The notes under the pieces were generated by a model. The model had not been told where the DNA came from. It saw nothing but the letters and a program-made list of their open reading frames with translations, and searched no databases. Below, in pieces: positions 36,401-47,600 of a DNA stretch of 64,000 nt. The stretch comes from Eledone cirrhosa (Eukaryota). Each line of letters starts with the position of its first letter. Within the stretch, counting starts at the first letter, position 1. The DNA lies in assembly GCA_964016885.1 (NCBI GenBank), contig OZ024751.1, forward strand, positions 1,922,001 through 1,986,000. The letters run 5' to 3'. A program made the position numbers and the translations under genes.

Positions 36401-38674
36401 GTTGGTGTTGTTTTTGTTGGTGTTGGTGGTGTTACTGTTGTTGGAGTTGTTGGTGTTACTGCTGTTGGTGTTGTTGGTGTTACTGTTGTTGGTGTTGTTG
36501 GTGTTACTGTTGTTGGTGTTGTTATTCTTGGTGTTGGTGGTGTTACTGTTTTTGGAGCTGTTGGTGTTACTGTTGTTGGAGTTGTTGGTGTTACTGTTGT
36601 TGGTGTTGTTGGTGTTACTGTTGGTATTGTTTTTGTTGGTGTTGGTGGTGTTACTGTTGTGGTGTTGTTAGTGTTACTGTTGTTGGTGTTGTTATTGTTA
36701 CTGTTGTTGGTTTTGTTGGTGTTACTGTTGTTGGTGTTATTGGTGTTACTGTTGTTGGTGTTGTTGGTGTTACTGTTGTTGGTGTTGTTGGTGTTACTGT
36801 TGTTGGTGTTGTTAGTATTAATGTTGTTGGTGTCGTTAGTGTTACTGTTGTTGGTGTTGGTGGTGTTACTGTTGTTGGTGTTGTTGGTGTTACTGTTGTT
36901 GGTGTTGTTCGTGTTACTGTTGTTGGTGTTGGTGTTACTGTTGTTGGTGTTGTTAGTGTTACTGTTGTTGGTGTTGTTGTTGGTGTTGTTTGTGTTACTG
37001 TTGTTGGTGTTGTTGGTGTTACTGTTGTTGGTGTTGTTTTTGTTGGTGTTGGTGGTGTTACTGTTGTTGGAGTTGTTGGTGTTACTGCTGTTGGTGTTGT
37101 TGGTGTTACTGTTGTTGGTGTTGTTGGTGTTACTGTTGTTGGTGTTGTTATTCTTGGTGTTGGTGGTGTTACTGTTTTTGGAGCTGTTGGTGTTACTGTT
37201 GTTGGAGTTGTTGGTGTTACTGTTGTTGGTGTTGTTGGTGTTACTGTTGGTATTGTTTTTGTTGGTGTTGGTGGTGTTACTGTTGTTGGTGTTGTTGGTG
37301 TTACTGTTGTTGGTGTTGTTGGTGTTACTGTTGTTGGTGTTGTTGGTGTTACTGTTGTTGGTGTTGTTGGTGTTACTGTTGTTGGTGTTATTGGTGTTAC
37401 TGTTGTTGGTGTTGTTTGTGTTACTGTTGTTGGTGTTGTTGGTGTTACTGTTGTTGGTGTTATTAGTGTTACTGTTGTTGGTGTTGTTAGTGTTACTGTT
37501 GTTGGTGTTGTTGGTGTTACTGTTGTTGGTGTTGTTGGTGTTACTGTTGTTGGTGTTGTTAGTGTTACTGTTGTTGGTGTTGTTAGTGTTACTGTTGTCG
37601 GTGTTGTTGGTGTTACTGTTGTTGGTGTTGTTGGTGTTACTGTTGTTGGTGTTGTTAGTGTTACTGTTGTTGGTGTTGTTAGTGTTACTGTTGTTGGTGT
37701 TGTTGGTGTTACTGTTGTTGGTGTTGTTGGTGTTACTGTTGTTGGTGTTGTTTGTGTTACTGTTGTTGGTGTTGTTGGTGTTACTGTTGTTGGTGTTATT
37801 GGTGTTACTGTTGTTGGTGTTGTTGGTGTTACTGTTGTTGGTGTTGTTGGTGTTACTGTTGTTGGTGTTGTTAGTGTTACTGTTGTTGGTGTTGTTGGTG
37901 TTACTGTTGTTGGTGTTACTGTTGTTGGTGTTGTTTTTGTTGGTGTTGTTGGTGTTGTTAGTGTTACTGTTGTTGGTGTTGTTGGTGTTACTGTTGTTGG
38001 TGTTGTTGGTGTTACTGTTGTTGGTGTTGTTTGTGTTACTGTTGTTGGTGTTGTTGGTGTTACTGTTGTTGGTGTTATTGGTGTTACTGTTGTTGGTGTT
38101 GTTGGTGTTACTGTTGTTGGTGTTGTTGGTGTTACTGTTGTTGGTGTTGTTAGTGTTAATGTTGTTGGTGTTGTTGGTGTTACTGTTGTTGGTGTTACTG
38201 TTGTTGGTGTTGTTTTTGTTGGTGTTGATGGTGTTGGTGTTACTGTTGTTGGTGTTGTTGGTGTTACGGCTGTTGGTGTTGTTGGTGTTACTGTTGTTGG
38301 TTTTGTTAGTGTTACTGTTGTTGGTGTTGTTGGTGTTACTGTTGTTGGTGTTGTTAGTATTACTATTGTTGGTGTTATTGGTGTTACTGTTGTTGGTGTT
38401 GGTGGTCTTACTGTTGTTGGTGTTGTTGGTATTACTGTTGTTGGTGTTGTTTGTGTTACTGTTGTTGGTGTTCGTGGTGTTACTGTTGTTGGTGTTATTA
38501 GTGTTACTGTTGTTGGTTTTGGTGGTGTTACTGTTGTTGGTGTTGATGGTGTTACTGTTGTTGGTGATGTTGGTGTTACTGCTGTTGGTGTTGTTAGTGT
38601 TACTGTTATTGGTGTTGTTGGTGTTACTGTTGTTGGTGTTGTTGTTGGTGTTACAGTTGTTGGTGTTGTTGGTG

Positions 38675-38690
38675 TTACTGGTTTGGTGTT
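38675..38690 (-). other. 1-nt deletion that terminates the giant ORF (…TPTTPNQ*)
   Basis: The + strand reads gttactggtttggtgtt. Paralogous copies at ~40722, ~40878 and ~42483 read gttactggtgttggtgtt in the same context (upstream acagttgtt, downstream actgctgtt). Confidence 0.9.
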
Positions 38691-41600
38691 GTTGGTGTTA
38701 CTGCTGTTGGTGTTGTTGGTGTTACTGTTGTTGGTGTTGGTGGTGTTATTAGTGTTACTGTTGTTGGTGTTGGTGGTGTTACTGTTGTTGGTGTTGTTTG
38801 TGTTACTGTTGTTGGTGTTGTTGGTGTTACTGTTGTTGATGTTATTAGTGTTACTGTTGTTGGTGTTGGTGGTGTTACTGTTGTTGGTGTTGTTGGTGTT
38901 GGTGGTGTTACTGTTGTTGGTGTTGTTTGTGTTACTGTTGTTGGTGTTGTTGGTGTTACTGTTGTTGATGTTATTAGTGTTACTGTTGTTGGTGTTGTTG
39001 GTATTACTGTTGTTGGTGTTGTTTGTGTTACTGTTGTTGGTGTTGTTGGTGTTACTGTTGTTGGTTTTGTTGGTGTTACTGTTGTTGGTGTTGTTAGTGT
39101 TACTGTTGTTGGTGTTGTTAGTGTTACTGTTGTTGGTGTTGTTGGTGTTACTGTTGTTGGTGTTGTTGGTCTTACTGTTGTTGGTGATGTTGTTGTTACT
39201 GTTGTTGGTGTTGTTGGTGTTACTGTTGTTGTTATTGTTGGTGTTACTGTTGTTGGTGTTGGTGGTGTTACTGTTGTTGGAGTTGTTGGTGTTACTGTTG
39301 TTGGTGTTGTTAGTATTACTGTTGTTGGTGTTGGTGGTGTTACTGTTGTTGGTGGTGTTGGTGTTACTGTTGTTGGTGTTGTTAGTATTACTGTTGTTGG
39401 TGTTGGTGGTGTTACTGTTGTTGGTGTTGTTGGTGTTACTGTTGTTGGTGTTGTTGGTGTTACTGTTGTTGGTGTTGTTAGTATTACTGTTGTTGGTGTT
39501 GGTGGTGTTACTGTTGTTGGTGTTGTTGGTGTTACTGTTGTTGGTGTTGTTGGTGTTACTGTTGTTGGTGTTGTTAGTGTTACTGTTGTTGGTGTTGTTG
39601 GTGTTACTGTTGTTGGTGTTGGTGGTGTTACTGTTGTTGGTGTTGTTTGTGTTACTGTTGTTGGAGTTGTTTGTGTTACTGTTGTTGGTGTTGGTGGTGT
39701 TACTGTTGTTGGTGTTGTTGGTGTTACTGTTGTTGGTGTTGTTAGTATTACTGTTGTTGGTGTTGGTGGTGTTACTGTTGTTGGTGTTGTTGGTGTTACT
39801 GTTGTTGGTGTTGTTGGTGTTACTGTTGTTGGTGTTGTTAGTGTTACTGTTGTTGGTGTTGTTGGTGTTACTGTTGTTGGTGTTGGTGGTGTTACTGTTG
39901 TTGGTGTTGTTTGTGTTACTGTTGTTGGAGTTGTTTGTGTTACTGTTGTTGGTGTTGGTGGTGTTACTGTTGTTGGTGGTGTTGGTGTTACTGTTGTTGG
40001 TGTTGTTAGTGTTACTGTTGTTGGTGTTGGCGGTGTTATTGTTGTTGGTGTTGTTGGTGTTACTGTTGTTGGTGTTGTTAGTGTTACTGTTGTTGGTGTT
40101 GTTGGCGTCAATGTTGTTGGTGTTGGTGGTGTTACTGTTGTTGGTGTTCTTGATGTTACTGTTGTTGGTTTTATTAGTGTTAATGTTGTTGGTTTTGGTG
40201 GTGTTACTGTTGTTGGTGTTGTTGGTGTTACTGTTGTTGATGTTATTAGTGTTACTGTTGTTGGTGTTGGTGGTGTTACTGTTGTTGGTGTTGTTGGTGT
40301 TACTGGTATTGGTGTTACTGTTGTTGGTGCTGTGACTGTTGTTGGTGTTGTTGGTGTTACTGTTGTTGGTGTTGTTAGTGTTACTGTTGTTGGTGTTGTT
40401 ACTGTTACTGTTGCTGGTGTTGTTGGTGTTACTGTTGTTGGTGTTGTTGGTGTTACTGTTGTTGGTGTTGTTGGTGTTACTGTTGTTGGTGTTGTTAGTG
40501 TTACTGTTGTTGGTGTTGTTAGTGTTACTGTTGTTGGTGTTGGTGGTGTTACTGTTGTTGGTGTTCGTGGTGTTACTGTTGTTGGTGTTATTAGTGTTAC
40601 TGTTGTTGGTTTTGGTGGTGTTACTGTTGTTGGTGTTGATGGTGTTACTGTTGTTGGTGATGTTGGTGTTACTGCTGTTGGTGTTGTTGTTGGTGTTACA
40701 GTTGTTGGTGTTGTTGGTGTTACTGGTGTTGGTGTTGTTGGTGTTACTGCTGTTGGTGTTGTTGGTGTTACTGTTGTTGGTGTTGGTGGTGTTATTAGTG
40801 TTACTGTTATTGGTGTTGTTGGTGTTACTGTTGTTGGTGTTGTTGTTGGTGTTACAGTTGTTGGTGTTGTTGGTGTTACTGGTGTTGGTGTTGTTGGTGT
40901 TACTGCTGTTGGTGTTGTTGGTGTTACTGTTGTTGGTGTTGGTGGTGTTATTAGTGTTACTGTTGTTGGTGTTGGTGGTGTTACTGTTGTTGGTGTTGTT
41001 GGTGTTGGTGGTGTTACTGTTGTTGGTGTTGTTTGTGTTACTGTTGTTGGTGTTGTTGGTGTTACTGTTGTTGATGTTATTAGTGTTACTGTTGTTGGTG
41101 TTGGTGGTGTTACTGTTGTTGGTGTTGTTGGTGTTACTGTTATTGGTGTTACTGTTGTTGGTGTTGGTGGTGTGACTGTTGTTGGTGTTGTTGGTGTTAC
41201 TGTTGTTGGTGTTGTTAGGGTTACTGTTGTTGGTGTTGTTATTGTTACTGTTGTTGGTGTTGCTGGTGTTACTGTTGTTGGTGTTGTTGGTGTTACTGTT
41301 GTTGGTGTTGTTGGTGTTACTGTTGTTGGTGTTGTTGGTGTTACTGTTGTTGGTGTTATTAGTGTTACTGTTGTTGGTGTTGTTAGTGTTACTGTTGTTG
41401 GTGTTGTTGGTGTTACTGTTGTTGGTGTTGTTGGTGTTACTGTCGTTGGTGTTGTTGGTGTTACTGTTATTGGTGTTGTTGGTGGTGTTGGTGTTACTGT
41501 TGTTGGTGTTGTTAGTGTTACTGTTGTCGGTGTTGTTGGTGTTACTGTTGTCGGTGTTGTTGGTGTTACTGTTGTTGGTGTTGTTGGTGTTACTGTTGTT

Positions 41601-44600
41601 GGTGTTGTTTGTGTTACTGTTGTTGGTGTTGTTGGTGTTACTGTTGTTGGTGTTATTGGTGTTACTGTTGTTGGTGTTGTTGGTGTTACTGTTGTTGGTG
41701 TTGTTAGTGTTACTGTTGTTGGTGTTGTTATTGTTACTGTTGTTGGTGTTGTTGGTGTTACTGTTGTTGGTGTTGTTGGTGTTACTGTTGTTGGTGTTGT
41801 TTGTGTTACTGTTGTTGGTGTTGTTTGTGTTACTGTTGTTGGTGTTGTTAGTGTTACTGTTGTCGGTGTTGTTGGTGTTTCTGTTGTTGGTGTTGTTGGT
41901 GTTACTGTTGTTGGTGTTGTTGGTGTTACTGTTGTTGGTGTTGTTTGTGTTACTGTTGTTGGTGTTGTTGGTGTTACTGTTGTTGGTGTTATTGGTGTTA
42001 CTGTTGTTGGTGTTGTTGGTGTTACTGTTGTTGGTGTTGTTAGTGTTACTGTTGTTGGTGTTGTTATTGTTACTGTTGTTGGTGTTGCTGGTGTTACTGT
42101 TGTTGGTGTTGTTGGTGTTACTGTTGTTGGTGTTGTTGGTGTTACTGTTGTTGGTGTTGTTGGTGTTACTGTTGTTGGTGTTGTTGGTGTTACTGTTGTT
42201 GGTGTTGTTAGTGTTACTGTTGTTGGTGTTGTTAGTGTTACTGTTGTTGGTGTTGGTGGTGTTACTGTTGTTGGTGTTCGTGGTGTTACTGTTGTTGGTG
42301 TTATTAGTGTTACTGTTGTTGGTTTTGGTGGTGTTACTGTTGTTGGTGTTGATGGTGTTACTGTTGTTGGTGATGTTGGTGTTACTGCTGTTGGTGTTGT
42401 TAGTGTTAGTGTTATTGGTGTTGTTGGTGTTACTGTTGTTGGTGTTGTTGTTGGTGTTACAGTTGTTGGTGTTGTTGGTGTTACTGGTGTTGGTGTTGTT
42501 GGTGTTACTGCTGTTGGTGTTGTTGGTGTTACTGTTGTTGGTGTTGGTGGTGTTATTAGTGTTACTGTTGTTGGTGTTGGTGGTGTTACTGTTGTTGGTG
42601 TTGTTGGTGTTGGTGGTGTTACTGTTGTTGGTGTTGTTTGTGTTACTGTTGTTGGTGTTGTTGGTGTTACTGTTGTTGATGTTATTAGTGTTACTGTTGT
42701 TGGTGTTGGTGGTGTTACTGTTGTTGGTGTTATTGGTGTTACTGTTGTTGGTGTTGTTTGTGTTACTGTTGTTGGTGTCGTTGGTGTTACTGTTGTTGGT
42801 GTTATTGGGGTTACTGTTGTTGGTGTCGTTGGTGTTACTGTTGTTGGTGTTGTTAGTGTTACTGTTGTTGGTGTTGTTAGTGTTACTGTTGTTGGTGTTG
42901 TTGGTGTTACTGTTATTGGTGTTACTGTTGTTGGTGTTGGTGGTGTGACTGTTGTTGGTGTTGTTGGTGTTACTGTTGTTGGTGTTGTTAGGGTTACTGT
43001 TGTTGGTGTTGTTAGTGTTACTGTTGTTGGTGTTGTTGGTGTTACTGTTGTTGGTGTTGTTGGTGTTACTGTTGTTGGTGTTGTTGGTGTTACTGTTGTT
43101 GATGGTGTTGGTGTTACTGTTGTTGGTGTTGTTAGTGTTACTGTTGTTGGTGTTACTGTTGTTGGTGTTGTTAGTGTTACTGTTGTTGGTGTTGTTGCTG
43201 TTACTGTTGTTGGTGTTGTTTGTGTTACTGTTGTTGGTGTTGTTGGTGTTACTGTTGTTGGTGTTGTTGGTGTTAGTGCTGTTGGTGTTGTTGGTGTTAC
43301 TGTTGTTGATGTTATTACTGTTAATATTGTTGGTGTTGTTGGTGTTACTGTTGTTGGTGTTGTTAGTGTTACTGTTGTTGGTGTTGTTAGTGTTACTGTT
43401 GTTGGTGTTGTTGGTGTTACTGTTGTTGGTGTTGTTAGTGTTACTGTTGTTGGTGTTGTTATTGTTACTGTTGTTGGTGTTGCTGGTGTTACTGTTGTTG
43501 GTGTTGTTGGTGTTACTGTTGTTGGTGTTGTTGGTGTTACTGTTGTTGGTGTTGTTGGTGTTACTGCTGTTGGTGTTATTAGTGTTACTGTTGTTGGTGT
43601 TGTTAGTGTTACTGTTGTTGGTGTTGTTGGTGTTACTGTTGTTGGTGTTGTTGGTGTTACTGTTGTTGGTGTTGTTGGTGTTACTGTTGTTGGTGTTATT
43701 AGTGTTACTGTTGTTGGTGTTGTTAGTGTTACTGTTGTCGGTGTTGTTGGTTTTACTGTTGTTGGTGTTGTTGGTGTTACTGTTGTTGGTGTTGTTAGTG
43801 TTACTGTTGTTGGTGTTGTTAGTGTTACTGTTATTGGTGTTATTAGTGTTACTGTTGTTGGTGTTGTTTGTGTTACTGTTGTTGGTGTTGTTGGTGTTAC
43901 TGTTGTTGGTGTTGTTTGTGTTACTGTTGTTGGTGTTGTTGGTGTTACTGTTGTTGGTGTTATTGGTGTTACTGTTGTTGGTGTTGTTGGTGTTACTGTT
44001 GTTGGCGTTGTTAGTGTTACTGTTGTTGGTGTTGTTAGTGTTACTGTTGTTGGTGTTGTTGGTGTTACTGTTGTTGGTTTTGTTAGTGTTACCGTTGTTG
44101 GTGTTGTTGGTGTTACTGTTGTTGGTGTTACTGTTGTTGGTGTTGTTTTTGTTGGTGTTGGTGGTGTTGGTGTTACTGTTGTTGGTGTTGTTGGTGTTAC
44201 GGCTGTTGGTGTTGTTGGTGTTACTGTTATGGGTGTTGTTAGTGTTACTGTTGTTGGTGTTGTTGGTGTTACTGTTGTTGGTGTTGTTGGTGTTATTGTT
44301 GTTGGTGTTGTTGGTGTTATTGTTGTTGGTGTTATTAGTGTTACTGTTGTTTGTGTTGTTTGTGTTACTGTTGTTGGTGTTGTTGGTGTTACTGTTGTTG
44401 GTGTTATTGGTGTTACTGTTGTTGGTGTTGTTGGTGTTACTGTTGTTGGTGTTGTTGGTGTTACTGTTGTTGGTGTTGTTAGTATTAATGTTGTTGGTGT
44501 CGTTGGTGTTACTGTTGTTGGTGTTGGTGGTGTTACTGTTGTTGGTGTTGTTGGTGTTACTGTTGTTGGTGTTGTTAGTGTTACTGTTGTTGGTGTTATT

Positions 44601-47600
44601 GGTGTTACTGTTGTTGGTGTTGTTGGTGTTACTGTTGTTGGTGTTGGTGGTGTTACTGTTGTTGGTGTTGTTTGTGTTACTGTTGTTGGTGTTGTTTGTG
44701 TTACTGTTGTTGGTGTTGGTGGTGTTACTGTTGTTGGTGTTGTTGGTGTTACTGTTGTTGGTGTTGTTGGTGTCACTGTTGTTGGTGTTGTTGGTGTTAC
44801 TGGTGTTGGTGGTGTTGGTATTACTGTTGTTGGTGTTGTTAGTGTTGTTAGTGTTACTGTTGTTGGTGTTGTTGGTGTTACTGTTGTTGGTGTTGTTAGT
44901 GTTACTGTTGTTGGTGTTGTTTGTGTTACTGTTGTTGGTGTTGGTGGTGTTACTGTTGTTGGTATTACTGTCGTTGGTGTTGTTGGTGTTACTGTTGTTG
45001 GTGTTGTTGGTGTTTCTGTTGTTGGTGGTGTCGGTGTTACTGTTGTTGGTGTTGTTGGTGTTACTGTTGATGGTGTTGGTGGTGTTACTGTTGTTGGTGT
45101 TGTTGGTGTTACTGTTGTTGGTGTTGTTGGTGTTACTGTTGTTGGTGTTGTTGGTGTTACTGTTGTTGATGGTGTTGGTGTTACTGTTGTTGGTGTTGTT
45201 AGTGTTACTGTTGTTGGTGTTGTTGGTGTTACTGTTGTTGGTGTTGTTAGTGTTACTGTTGTTGGTGTTGTTGGTGTTACTGTTGTTGGTGTTGTTTGTG
45301 TTACTGTTGTTGGTGTTGCTAGTATTACTGTTGTTGGTGTTGGTGGTGTTACTGTTGTTGGTGTTATTGGTGTTACTGTTGTTGGTGTTGTTGGTGTTAC
45401 TGTTGTTGGTGTTGTTGGTGTTACTGTTGTTGGTGTTGTTAGTATTAATGTTGTTGGTGTCGTTGGTGTTACTGTTGTTGGTGTTGGTGGTGTTACTGTT
45501 GTTGGTGTTGTTGGTGTTACTGTTGTTGGTGTTGTTGGTGTTACTGTTGTTGGTGTTATTGGTGTTACTGTTGTTGGTGTTGTTGGTGTTACTGTTGTTG
45601 GTGTTGGTGGTGTTACTGTTGTTGGTGTTGTTTGTGTTACTGTTGTTGGTGTTGTTTGTGTTACTGTTGTTGGTGTTGGTGGTGTTACTGTTGTTGGTGT
45701 TGTTGGTGTTACTGTTGTTGGTGTTGTTGGTGTCACTGTTGTTGGTGTTGTTGGTGTTACTGGTGTTGGTGGTGTTGGTATTACTGTTGTTGGTGTTGTT
45801 AGTGTTGTTAGTGTTACTGTTGTTGGTGTTGTTGGTGTTACTGTTGTTGGTGTTGTTAGTGTTACTGTTGTTGGTGTTGTTGGTGTTACTGTTGTTGGTG
45901 TTGTTGGTGTTATTGTTGTTGGTGTTGTTGGTGTTATTGTTGTTGGTGTTATTAGTGTTACTGTTGTTTGTGTTGTTTGTGTTACTGTTGTTGGTGTTGT
46001 TGGTGTTACTGTTGTTGGTGTTATTGGTGTTACTGTTGTTGGTGTTGTTGGTGTTACTGTTGTTGGTGTTGTTGGTGTTACTGTTGTTGGTGTTGTTAGT
46101 ATTAATGTTGTTGGTGTCGTTGGTGTTACTGTTGTTGGTGTTGGTGGTGTTGTTAGTGTTACTGTTGTTGGTGTTGGTGGTGTTACTGTTGTTGGTATTA
46201 CTGTCGTTGGTGTTGTTGGTGTTACTGTTGTTGGTGTTGTTGGTGTTTCTGTTGTTGGTGGTGTCGGTGTTACTGTTGTTGGTGTTGTTGGTGTTACTGT
46301 TGATGGTGTTGGTGGTGTTACTGTTGTTGGTGTTGTTGGTGTTACTGTTGTTGGTGTTGTTGGTGTTACTGTTGTTGGTGTTGTTGGTGTTACTGTTGTT
46401 GATGGTGTTGGTGTTACTGTTGTTGGTGTTGTTAGTGTTACTGTTGTTGGTGTTGTTGGTGTTACTGTTGTTGGTGTTGTTAGTGTTACTGTTGTTGGTG
46501 TTGTTGGTGTTACTGTTGTTGGTGTTGTTTGTGTTACTGTTGTTGGTGTTGCTAGTATTACTGTTGTTGGTGTTGGTGGTGTTACTATTGTTGGTGTTAT
46601 TGGTGTTACTGTTGTTGGTGTTGTTGGTGTTACTGTTGTTGGTGTTGTTGGTGTTACTGTTGTTGGTGTTGTTAGTATTAATGTTGTTGGTGTCGTTGGT
46701 GTTACTGTTGTTGGTGTTGGTGGTGTTACTGTTGTTGGTGTTGTTGGTGTTACTGTTGTTGGTGTTGTTGGTGTTACTGTTGTTGGTGTTATTGGTGTTA
46801 CTGTTGTTGGTGTTGTTGGTGTTACTGTTGTTGGTGTTGGTGGTGTTACTGTTGTTGGTGTTGTTTGTGTTACTGTTGTTGGTGTTGTTTGTGTTACTGT
46901 TGTTGGTGTTGGTGGTGTTACTGTTGTTGGTGTTGTTGGTGTTACTGTTGTTGGTGTTGTTGGTGTCACTGTTGTTGGTGTTGTTGGTGTTACTGGTGTT
47001 GGTGGTGTTGGTATTACTGTTGTTGGTGTTGTTAGTGTTGTTAGTGTTACTGTTGTTGGTGTTGTTGGTGTTACTGTTGTTGGTGTTGTTAGTGTTACTG
47101 TTGTTGGTGTTGTTTGTGTTACTGTTGTTGGTGTTGGTGGTGTTACTGTTGTTGGTATTACTGTCGTTGGTGTTGTTGGTGTTACTGTTGTTGGTGTTGT
47201 TGGTGTTTCTGTTGTTGGTGGTGTCGGTGTTACTGTTGTTGGTGTTGTTGGTGTTACTGTTGATGGTGTTGGTGGTGTTACTGTTGTTGGTGTTGTTGGT
47301 GTTACTGTTGTTGGTGTTGTTGGTGTTACTGTTGTTGGTGTTGTTGGTGTTACTGTTGTTGATGGTGTTGGTGTTACTGTTGTTGGTGTTGTTAGTGTTA
47401 CTGTTGTTGGTGTTGTTGGTGTTACTGTTGTTGGTGTTGTTAGTGTTACTGTTGTTGGTGTTGTTGGTGTTACTGTTGTTGGTGTTGTTTGTGTTACTGT
47501 TGTTGGTGTTGCTAGTATTACTGTTGTTGGTGTTGGTGGTGTTACTTTTGTTGGTGTTGTTGGTGTTACTGTTGTTGGTGTTGTTTGTGTTACTGTTGTT

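Larger units (their letters stand above)
1..38674 (-). pseudogene. Frameshift-riddled continuation of the TPTTPTTV array downstream of the stop (degenerate coding repeat, or intronic/UTR/intergenic satellite)
   Basis: Same unit and shared variant markers as the intact half, but about 40 single-base deletions (e.g. actgttgtggt for actgttgttggt). Each moves the Thr frame into CAA-CAG-TAA. Minus-strand ORFs 34..540, 3737..4315, 11125..11691 and 14229..14795 all end TTPQQ*, and 9189..9812 ends TTPKQ*. Confidence 0.5.
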
